The notes under the pieces are model-generated. The model saw nothing but the letters and a program-made list of their open reading frames with translations. It was not told the DNA's origin and searched no databases. A stretch of DNA of 64,000 nt from Raillietiella orientalis. Taxonomy: Eukaryota. Below are positions 13,828 to 25,100 of the stretch, piece by piece. Location: positions 3,224,001-3,288,000 of the forward strand of contig JAYWIR010000005.1 in the NCBI GenBank assembly GCA_036172245.1. The letters run 5' to 3'. The translations under genes and the position numbers were made by a program. Each line of letters begins with the position of its first letter. Within the stretch, counting starts at the first letter, position 1.

Positions 13828-15367
13828 ATGGACATACTTGATGACATATTGAAAAAAGATCATCCTGTTTACATGGAAGTTTTTGAAAAGTTTCACATGT
13901 ATACTCTCTCAGATTTCTCATCACCTCCCTTATCAAGTAAATACTATATTAGTTTAATGGTAAAATTGATTCAGAATTGAAAGTACACTTAAAATGTTTT
14001 TTGGTTAGGCAATATCCAGACATAAATGTTTTGAGTTGCTTTCATATTTCATAAGTAAATTCCATGCTGCAAATGGGGAACCAGCCTGGTTGAGAGACAG
14101 AAGTAATGTGCCAAATAAGTTAAACATTTTAAGAAAAATCAATAAGATACTAGCACACCGTCCTTGGTGCCTGAATAAAAGTTGCATAGAGGTATTTTTC
14201 GGAAATCATCATTTTCAACAGGTTAAATTCTAGTTTAGGAACTGAATCGAGGACCAGATTGCTGGAGTCTTCCAGAACTCATGCTCATCATTGTCTTGAT
14301 TGTCCATTTTCACAGCCTTTGTACTTTCTTAAGTGGTTGCCTTGCATTTGATGAAAACAAAACAGCAAGGAAATTCAAAAATCGAGATTTGGGAGATTTT
14401 AAAGAGAAATCCAAAGGTCAGTTTTTGATTTATTTTAATTTTTTGCACAAATGTACCACACTGCATCCAATTTGCAGTATCTGCAGTGATACTTTTGTTC
14501 CAATATTACAGTTTACTGGGTTTTCACTCTTTAAATGATCAGTTCTCTATTATGTTTAGATGAACAAAGTCCTGTGAAATTGCTGCAAGCAATGAAGACA
14601 CTTTGCCAGACAGACATCTGCATTTGTCCAGATGAACAAGTAGCTTTCACAGATATGCAGGAAGGAAATGCACAGCTGATTCCTGAAACTCCATGTATTG
14701 TAGAAAGTTCCAGTGAGGATCTGCAGGTTCTGCTGGATGATCCTGAATATATGTATGAAGATTTTATCAAAAGGCAAGAACCATGCCAAACTTTTCGTGT
14801 GCAGGTCAGGATTTTGCAAACTGCAGATCAATACAATTAATAGGGTTGATAGGATTATTGCTGGCAGCAGCATGGATTTTCTTTAATGTCTCAGTTGCAG
14901 CCTGAACTGGCATCATTGGTTGATGAAAAATTTCTTGTTGCTTCCACATTAACATATCACACTCTTGGCTGCCTTGATGATGTGGATACATATACATTTC
15001 GTAATGCAATTTGGAAATATGTGCAATCATTATATGGCATAAGGTTTGTATTCATGCCAATAAAGCAGTTGTCTCCAGATACTCCCAAATAGGCATGATG
15101 ATTTCAATTATCGTCAGATCAATTTACTTCTGGATATTCCTTTAAAACGTTTTATAAAAACTGCCTGTTGCTTTCCAGAATATGTTCAGAATTTGGATAT
15201 GTCTGAAGTCATGCCTGCATTCCACTTATCTGAAAAAGTAAAAGGAATTGTACAATTCAGTTCAATTGATTTATGTTTAGGTGCATCTCATGATTATGCT
15301 GTTTGAGGCACGCTTTCAAGCTGAGCTTCTGTATTCTTTGCGAATCCTTATGCAGTACATGACTTGA
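13828..15367 (+). CDS. SESN: Sestrin (PA26 family), 7 coding exons; additional 5' exon(s) possible
   Basis: Exons 13828-13959 (AG acceptor also at 13806-13807, so the start may lie upstream), 14009-14191, 14239-14416, 14560-14804, 14853-15043, 15093-15237 and 15281-15367 are all GT-AG with consistent phases. Translation gives ...YISLM|AISRHKC...LRKINKILAHRPW...WSLPEL...FRVQ|DYCWQQHGFSL...LTYHT...VDT...AIWKY...GIRHDDFNY...SEK|VHL...EARFQAELLYSLRILMQYMT*, matching sestrin motifs (LAHRPW, QDYxWxxHG, GIRxDD, EARxQAxLLY). Confidence 0.95.
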
Positions 15368-18300
15368 ATCAGCTTTAGTGGTCATCTTGTTGTCCCAGTG
15401 CTCCAGCTTCCTGAAAGATTAGCTATATTGCAATCTATCCTGTGATCACATCTGTTCATACCAATCATCTGGAAATACTTATATAGACCCCAGGATGTCA
15501 AATATTTACAATTAACCTCTTATCCGGATTACTGCTTCAAATATACCTTTATTGCTTATCAAAATCATGGCTTATTAGTTTTTGATTTATTTCAAAATTG
15601 CATCGCATATGATGCAAATATGCATAAACTTAAGCAGTTACATGAACCAGAGTTCACATTAGGAAAAACGTATCAGTTATGAAAGCTAAGGGCTCAAGTT
15701 TCAACTGCCGCATTAACTGCATGCCCTCCAATTCTGAGATGCAGCACTTGCGGGGAGGAGGCTTTCACGTGCCGTCGCATTCTTAAAATCAGCAGTGAAC
15801 TGTTTATTTTTGCGTTTTTTCAAACCGTTTCCACGTAAACAACCCTTACAGCCCATATAACGATGCGTAATGCATTTTACAGTATTGTACAAGTCTTCGA
15901 CACAGCACATCCTGGCTTTCATCATTTTGTTGTTTTCATTACCTGCTTGATCTTGGCGTTAAACACCGAGTACCATTATGGCGGACGAAAGGCAACTCTC
16001 GAAAGCTAATTAGATTCGAATTTACTAAGCTAGGCTAACCAAAGTCATAAACCGTACAAATTCTAAATAAAACAAATGTACCGATGAGGTGCTTTTGCAT
16101 TTCAATGGTGAGCTGAAGATTAATCACGTATGGAAATAATCAATGAAAAATTAAAGTATGCAGTGCTTAGCTAAAAGTCTCAGATCAAACAAAATTATGG
16201 AGGCTGAGTTTCTTCATAAGTTTAGCAGGCTGCTTTGAAAAGCCCTTTTCAGACGATGATTCAGTTCCAACAGTTCATCCTTGTTTATGAACGTTCACGC
16301 AAAATACTTCCAATGAAGTTCAACTTACCATGAAAGGGAACGTACGATGCCTGCATCGGGTTCAGAATAATATGTATTAGAACTGTTAGCGAGTACCAAA
16401 CTGAACAATAGGTTAGCTTTGAAAGAAGGTTTAGAAAAAAAAAAAAAAAAGACTACAAAGAATCATCTAAGAATAACTTTTTGATGTACAATAAGTGTAA
16501 TGAATTGAACAGGTTATTATTATTACATTCTCATCAGATGTAAAAAAAAAACGGTTTCCGTTTTTTACTTGCAGAACGATACTTGACAATTTTTAAATAG
16601 TCTGCAGAATGCACGTTGCTATCAGCGAAAGAAAAACTGTTATTCGCTACATCCGGTAGAAAAAAAAAAAAAAAAAGCAAGCATATTTAACGTGTTGCAT
16701 AACAGAAACACCTCTAGCATCACTAACACCACAGGGCGAGGACATCAGTGTCGAATGCTTTAAAAGAAAATTCCATAATTCTTCGAACTACCCAAACAGC
16801 CAAGCAATTAAAATAATTAAACTAAGAAGTCTTCAAAGTTTTGCATTCTGATATATGAACAAAATCAGCATTGTTATTCTTTCTGTTACATGTCCTAGTG
16901 ATCCATCAGGATGGGCAAATAACATCTGCTTTATATCCCAGCAAAAAGCTCATCACTCCGAGGTCCATCCTTGTGTATTCTTCATGAATGGCAAGAACAA
17001 CATACTTTTCCAAACAGAATGAGAAGATGCACTCGAATTACTCTTCCTCTTCTCGTTGCAGACTAAGAGTAGGAGACCCACGACTGCACCAGAGTGTGCA
17101 GTGGTGGAAACGTGCTGTTGCCTGTGCTTTTGCAATCTATTTCCTTTCACCCGCATAGTGAACTAACAGCCGCAGCAGCAAACTGAGCATGCAGTTGTAC
17201 TTGCAGCATTGCTTCAAAGAACATGTGCTGTGATGCGAAAGATCAACACAGTGTCGATGGCCTGTCAGTTTCATTCTTTGTACGAACGTCTCTCAAGGTT
17301 AACGCTATCTATGTTTTGCTGCCTACAATTCAACGAAGTTCTCCTCGTACAAAACAAAACGAATACATAACGGAGGAACGTGGCTTCGAGCTGGCCTGCT
17401 AACGTCACGAGCGGGAAACCAAGGTTGGTTGGCTTCACAGATATCTTTGCTGTTTAGCTCGTATTTATAGTACACAGCACTCCAGTCTTGAACGTGTGAG
17501 AAGATTGATGCAGAGCTTAAACCTCGCAATGTGAGCCTCGCATGCCAGATAGAACAAGGACTCACTATTGCAATATGAAAACTCACAAATAGCAGGCGCA
17601 GCTACATGTTGGATCCATGAGACAGCTATCCATGAAAGAATCGCCAAAGAAAATTCCGGAACAGAAAGGCTCCGTGAGCCGCGCTACATTCAGTAGGCAC
17701 GCTTATCAGACATGTGTCTATCCAAGTACAAATCTTACCAACAGGAATTGCACATCAACACTGAATTGCAGACACGAATGAGCCTTCAGCGAACTGAACA
17801 GCTCATCACTTACATACATTGAATGGAAAATGTCCATTAGATTTCGAAATCGACATCCCAACGCATATCTCACTAATCTTGCCAAGAATTTTCATCCCAT
17901 TCATCAGATTAAGATAATTTAGCACAAATTGAATGAATGGTTGCTATTGAGACCTGGTAAGCTTGCTTCTTTATTTGAACTTCCACAAATTTCTCGGATA
18001 ATTCGTGCAGACAGTTCCATCCTCCGCTGCCAATACATCCCTATTGTACACCCTTGGTTCATACGATGATATCTGTTATTCATGGATTATAGTTGTGATT
18101 TTGTTCATTTGTTCTACAAAGTAATACGTGTGAGGGGGGGGGGGAACAAGGCTGTGCATTCAGATTCACAAACTTTATCATCAAATCTTTGGTGCCATGT
18201 TTGCTCCCCTATTCCTCACAAGTTTCCATATGACAACGAAATGTATTGTCTATAAAGCTTTCTGAAGATCTGAATCATCTTCATTCACATGTATTTTACG

Positions 18301-18523
18301 AGCTTAATGCAAACGACAAGTAAAAATCAGTGCACCATCTGTTTATTTTTATTGTTTGTCAGAGCACACGAACATGGATACACCGTCGTGATCCAAACAC
18401 ACACACACACACACAAAAAAAAAATGACATCCTGCCCTTTCCTCCAGCCAAGAGTTAACCTTTCATATTTCGTCAGTATGGAAGAACGGGAGGATCCGTT
18501 TCGACGGAGCATTCGAGGCGAAA

Positions 18524-18533
18524 GCGCATGCGC
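18524..18533. promoter_or_regulatory. NRF1/Erect-wing-type palindromic site
   Basis: GCGCATGCGC in a local CpG-rich patch about 660 bp upstream of the Rac-like ATG. Confidence 0.35.
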
Positions 18534-19193
18534 AGTGGACGGCGAGGCCCAGACGGATCCCATTTCTTGCAGGGAGAAGCCGTGAGGGACAATCAGATGA
18601 AACTGTTCCGGTTGAGATGCTGGTTTCTGCAGGAAGCTGCAAGCATGATTTCTTACGGCCGCAGCTGTAATAGGAAGTGCGGTTACTAGCTCAATAGCAG
18701 AACTTGAATGCAACTTATATAGCAATAATTGTGTCTTTTTTTTTTTTTTTTTTTATCAACTCGCATTCTGTATTTTTTTAACTTCTAGTCTCACAGTTTC
18801 TCGCGAAGCTGCACTGCTGAGACACTTCTTGCTTTCCCTATATGCCTGTGTTCCCTGGATGAACTTTGTCATTTTGGGACTTCCGTGTTTTTTCTTTTCT
18901 TTTCTTTCTTTCTCCCTCTTTTTCCACGCAAAATGCTCTGTAAAGTCGGTCCTACTCTTGACCGAGTGCTTATCTCATCTTCTTCCCTATCTTTTACCAA
19001 CTTCTGTTGCACAGTCTTCTTATCTTTATTCGAAATGTAGAAAACGTCGAGATTGCGATGTCCCTACGCAATCTCTTCGTTGAATCATTTTATTCAGGTT
19101 GCCGGCTATACGGCAAACAGCAGTGAATTCAGAATTTCCTCTTCATTAGGAATAGCCACCGTCCGAGTGCAGACTGAAGATTTCACTTCCAGC

Positions 19194-22100
19194 ATGCAAA
19201 CGATTAAATGTGTCGTTGTGGGCGACAGGTAAGCAAATTCCTGTTTGCGGATTAGCCGTTCGGCAGGTTTGGTGTCGTCGGGAGCACGGCTTTCCGGGAA
19301 AGCTCCTTCTCCCTCTGAGAGATGGTCGTTTGCCATACCTGGGTGCGCTCTCTCCATTTGAATTCTAGAAGAAACCTCTAATACTTTTAGTTGTATGCTT
19401 TTGAATTTGCCAAGGATGAGAGGGAGGGTACACATTCCAAAGAACGAGCAGTTGGCGTGGGTTTTTCAGTATCTCGCCGTCTCGTGATGGAAGGTCTCAT
19501 TTTTTAAACGGGAAAGTCGCTCATTCTTTTTGTGGGTGTATCAGACGTTTTTTCAAGTTTTTGCTTGGCATAGGAAAAGCACTGAAGCCAGTGACAAGGG
19601 AGAGATCGATAAGCTCAACGGGAGGAGGGTTGACATAGGGAAAGGGGAAATGAAAATGTAGAAATGGAGTGCTGACTGCTGAGCCTAGTTAACAAGTTTC
19701 GATAGTGGTTTCAATGGTTTTCGAGTCTTTTTTTCAAAAAATAAATAAATAATGAGCACCAAGTTTGGTTCGCGCCGAGCTTCCGGGTCTGTACAAGGAA
19801 AGAAAGCCAATAAGATGAATAAGATTCCTGGTAAATAAAACCTATTTATAGAGCTTTTGTAATTTCTGAGAAACAGTCCTCCAAGTAGATTCGACTAGGA
19901 AAAACATAGAAAAACAGTGGCATAACTTGGATTTTTTCTTCTTTTTTTTTTTTTTAAAAAAAAAAAGCAATAAAGTCCTGCAGGAAGTTTTGATTATAAT
20001 GAGACAAAAACACGATTTCCGAACGAGCTCAAATAGACCCAGAAAACTGGAGCAAAGATCTTGATAGTGAAGAATGGACAGGTCGTTAAAGAGACAGTTT
20101 TCGTAAAATGTGCCATGCTGGAATTAAAGAAGAGGTGGTGATTCGCATCAGTAAAAGAAAAGCGCTAAACTTCCTTTCTCAAACCTCAGGGAGGAGGGGT
20201 ATGAGAGTATGCGTCTCATCTAACCGGCTCATAGTCAACTGTAACGTGTGTGAAGCGACTTTATCAAGTGGTGGGGATAACTTTTTCTGTATACTTTGAA
20301 GGTATTGCAAAGCCCTTAATAAATGAATGAAATCTTGTTGGATCTTCCTGCCAGATTCCGGACGTATGATCAACTTGTCTTCTGTGATGCTAATGGCAAA
20401 CTTCTTCTGCATTGAGAAGCTTACTCGGTTTGATAACAGACACGTGTGAGAGGAGAGAGGGAAAACGAGGGAAAAGAGGATACCTGTTTGGAGTGACGTG
20501 TGGTTCTTCACTCTCCTGTTTTTCTAATCAACATTTTGATGATCCTGGTTGATCTGGAAATATTCTATGCACAAATTAGCTTTAAATGATCACCATCACC
20601 TTGAAAGTAGGAATAAGAGTGCAGTGTAATTATCTTAATCGGATTAGGTTCCAAGGAGAAAATGAGTTTTCACCCAGGTTTTCCTTGATATTTATTTTCC
20701 TTGATACAGGAGGCAAAACTTGTGTAAACAAAATATATATCATTGAACTTAAGGAACTTAAGAGAAGTCAGATGCCACAGGAACAAGCTTTTAAGTCCAT
20801 TTCCTGTTTCCATATGTCTTTACATTGAAACTCATCCTTGTGTCGCAGAATGCAGGTTTAAATCTGCCATCAACACTTCAGTAGATTTAGGTATAGAGGC
20901 GAAATTCTAATCTTTAAGAATGGGAGGTATCGTATTAAATTCCGCTCCTCCCCCCCCCCCCCATGAAAGCAAGACAGCTGAATCAAGATTATAAAAGTGA
21001 AAACGACGATTGCTTTCATCATCATTGCATCCCTCAGAATGCAATGTCCTTTGCGAAATGCAGCGGTCAACTTTTGCGGCAAGATGGCTTGATGGAACAC
21101 AGTTTGCAATCTCTCCGCTTTCTTCAGAAGTGGATACTGATACATCATTCTGAGTTGTGTGATCCAAGTCTGCGTGAGCATTCCTCCTAATCACAGTTTA
21201 AAAAACGATTCGATTCGATTCATTGAAGATTTTCATTTTTGATACGAATGGGAAATGGCACTGATCGAGCCAAAAAGACAAAAAATACATTTCATGCAGT
21301 CCTTTCTATCAGATTAGTTTACATCTTGCATACAAATCATGAGATGATTAGGGATTATTCCCATGACAGTTTGTAGAAACACTGACAGCGTTTTTTTCTA
21401 ATAATAGAAATTAGAAATAGTTAGCCAATCTATAGAAATAGATAGATAAACATTGGGGGAGGGGGGGGGAGGCACTGAAATATAGAAACGTTTCGAAATA
21501 AAGCTGGAATAAAGAATTTTGTACATGGGAGAGGAAATCAAATGATGCGAGTAGCGCTGCTCTCTCGGAGCTTAGCAACAAACTCTGAATTCTGATGCTC
21601 GTTTTGCATTTTTGATAATCAGCACACAATGCAAAAATATCACCGCCAACACAGCTCAAGTTCATCAAGACATTAACTGATGATGAAATAGATAACAGAC
21701 AACAAGGGCTTGAATAACAGATATGTGTCTTGTGTTTTCTGCTTGAAGAACTTCACCTTTTCTGTTTGACTAGAAAAAAACATTCACTCAGTTTATGAGG
21801 CTGATTCAATTATTCAACTGTCCAACGCTCCATTTTAGTTTCGCTGATGTTTCACATCCGTGAACGTTATGGTTTCAAACAGTGACCATCAGAACGCTCC
21901 TATGCATCTTGTATCCGGCAATCCTAACTAGTATTAAGGATAAAGGAATACAGCCGTCCTCTACCAACTTATTCCGATTTGATAGTTTTATCAATTTGAT
22001 GTTATATTTTGAGCACTGCTAATGAACATAAACGGGACTTCAAGACTGAGTCATGGATGCAGCAAAGTTTCCACTAATAGAAAAGTGCCTGATCATCCAA

Positions 22101-25100
22101 AAGAGAAAAAAAGAGCCGAATTTCCTTTGAAGAGTCAACAATTCGACAACATAGACAAATACAAGAAATCAGTGTTATTTATTATCTGAGACTCATTAGG
22201 CAGTGGGAAGGATTCGAAAATTGATCCTCCTGAGGAAAGATTAGCTATTATCTTAGGGAGCTTTAAAATTACTTACATAAGATGCTTTTAAGTGAAGTAT
22301 GTAGAGTGAAATAGCTGAACAGTCTTTCGATACTGCTCTTCTATTTCGAGGAGTGATAGATTCCAAATTCGATGTCATGTCAATTTGATTTCGAAGCAAA
22401 AGAAAGCAAAAGGCCCGCGTCGGAGGCCGTGTGGCTGCGGTGGTCTCCGCGCGTGGCGCCTCCAAGCGTCGTGGGTTCGAATACTCCGAAGGAATCGACG
22501 CAGTGCGTCGTGGGTTCCGAGTTCACCCCACAAGATGACGCTGGTTGACCTACATCCATCCGGGTGAGGCACTGGTAGTGGTTCAAACTGGGTGCACCCA
22601 ATGAAGACCGGGACAAATGAGAGTCGACCTCCGGGTCCTTCCAGGAATCAAGGAGTGGGGAGTTCTCCCCCCCCCCCCCCCCGATTGTGAAGGAGCGGAC
22701 CTTACATTCCGGGGGAGCTCTCCGCGTCGTACTGATGGAGTAGGTGTGTCGCCACCATCTCTCCAGGGAGTGCGGGGAAGCGAGCCGATCCCTTCGGGGA
22801 AGCTGCGTCCTTCTGAATTTCGGAAGCGTCCCTTCTGAGTTCTCTTCAGAGGCATAAAAACAGGAGCGGACCTCTTGCGGGGGATCCTTCCGAAGAAGAA
22901 ATTCCAGGATGGGATCCTTTCCGGGTTCCCTTCAGAGAAGAAAGAATGGCGCGGACACCCCGGGGGTCCTCCGGAGAGAATAAGGAAGGAGGATTCCCTT
23001 CTGGATTCCCCTTCGGAGACAACCAGGGTGGAGGTGATCTCCATTTCCTGGGATCCCTCCCCAGGCGTGAGAGGAACGGACTCCGAGTCCTTCCTGGATT
23101 CATGGGGCGGACCCCTCCCGGGGTACCCTCTATCTTGAAGAATTATCCACCCTCGGGTGGCGTGTTACCGTGTCGAAAGCAAAAGGATACGGATTCCGTA
23201 AAAGTGCTAAATAAAGCATGAAAGTTTGATTTATAGGACAGTAGTCAAGAATAATTTTGGCTATCAAGATTCATATTTCCATTTCCGCGAATGAGAATTA
23301 TGCCGTCAGAATTCATTAGTAAACAAAGGAGATTTTTTTCCCCCACGAAACAGCTGCAACCTCATGTTTCTTTTCAGATGTGCAGGAATAGGCGATTTTA
23401 TCCTGAGTTTCGTAAAGGGTTCCTATCCAACGGATCATTCGCCCATGAAGTAAGCCATTGCTTCTGTTTATTTAGTAATAATGATGGACTGAAATTGAAG
23501 ACAAGTTTGCTCAACTTGCGTAGGGCTGGAACCTTTATTAGGCGATGCATTTGTCGGTGCAGAACAAACTGGCAAATGCTAGTCTTGTAACCCGAGAACA
23601 ATTCTCCACCACAAACATGATTCAGGTAGATAAGAACTATTCTCATTAGGGAAACCTCGGCAGATCGGTGCCAACAGCATGAAACGAAAGATATTTGGTG
23701 AGAGAAGCAATAATCGATAAATGGATAGATAAATAAATGTAGATCTCAGTTGCCAATTTTCTGCTCTTCGTCTTGTCTTGAGCACGTATTGGGAAATTAT
23801 GCTGAAACTTTTTCAAGCAAGATAAAAAACATAATTTGAACGTACAGTTACCTCCAAAAGCAGCAGATTGGCACTTGGAATCTTAGCTATGGATTACTTT
23901 GGAGACTAAAGTACCCGTGCAATTCCTTAACCCGCCATTTTCGAACACGAGACTACTTTGGCTTGCATTCTGTTCCTCCATAAGGAATGCAGAAAAGTTG
24001 AATGCATCATGCCACAATGTTTGGAATAATAATTTCATTCAACATGAGGGGAGAGATCGAAAGAATTTCAAAAAGGAAAACCAAAGAGAAAATGAATGAA
24101 TATCCAAAGGAGCAAAAAAATCCTGAGAAATAAATTCACAGATATAATATCTGAAGAATGATGTCCAAGCTCGGAGAAGTCATTCAATATTTAATCACAG
24201 TATCTTCAATGGAGAGAGAGAATTTTGTTAGGGATCAGAGGATTTTTTTTTTTTTTTTACACCCGTCTAGGACAGGCCTTTCAAAGAAGAAAACTGATTG
24301 AAAACCAGACGAGAAAAGCACTTGGCAACTCGTCCAGCAATTGCGAGCACTGAAAGTCTTATGTGATGGTGAAGGCGACGAAATTCTGAAGACTCCAGCT
24401 GGCGATCGCAGTGGGAGTGGGGGGGAAGTGGGAACATAAAGGAAACACATTTCTCCGCAGTTTCAGTTGGATATAAATGTGTGGACGTGAATTCCCTAAA
24501 AGAAGCACCACATTCAGGAAACGAAAATGCACTTGAAATGAAAACGAAAGCTTCTCTCTGTGTCGATCCGGAAAGGCGACGGATGGAGTGAGACTTTTGG
24601 AACCGAGGGGTTGGGTTGTTTCTTGCCAAAAGAAACACAATTGGGAAAATTCCTCAAAGGAATCTACAAAAGAAATCCTTTACTGATATGACGGGCAAAA
24701 GAAAACTCCCACGAGGAAAGTCGATTAGCTTCTTTGAGATCACGATTGCAAAGAGGAATTTTCCAGCGCTTTTGGTATGCCTGAATTTTCGGATTAATGA
24801 GAACAGGTCTCAATCACGTCTTTCCTCTCCTATTTTTTAAAATGCAAAATACCATAGTGAGCAATCGCTTTCAACGAGCTGACCATTCGCATGTCTTACG
24901 CTCTTTTTTCATACTTCCATTTGATGCATTTCTTCCAGAGAATACTTTCTTAGACTAATTCCTAATGGACGAAACATATGTCTACACTCTTGAGGGCTTG
25001 TTTTCATTGCACTGTCTTCTTGAAGCTGCTTCCCTGCAGAAGACATTTTCATTCTGCTTATGGGAAGATCAAAGGCAAAAAGATTTGAAGATCGTTTCAG

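Noticed and set aside
19180..19196. Spliced-leader trans-splice acceptors directly before ATGs (CCAG-CATG here, ACAG-CATG at 32033-32040)
   Set aside because: They cannot be distinguished from ordinary cis-introns, and KCTD5 has a plausible in-frame upstream exon at 31930-31943.
20700..20730. GGKTC peptide as the missing canonical P-loop exon of the Rac-like gene
   Set aside because: It is in the wrong splice phase after exon 1, giving a premature stop. The 72-nt exon at 23378-23449 fits phase, length and alignment exactly.
22425..22520. tRNA gene
   Set aside because: A/B-box-like motifs are present but there is no cloverleaf or acceptor stem. It is better explained as a SINE head.
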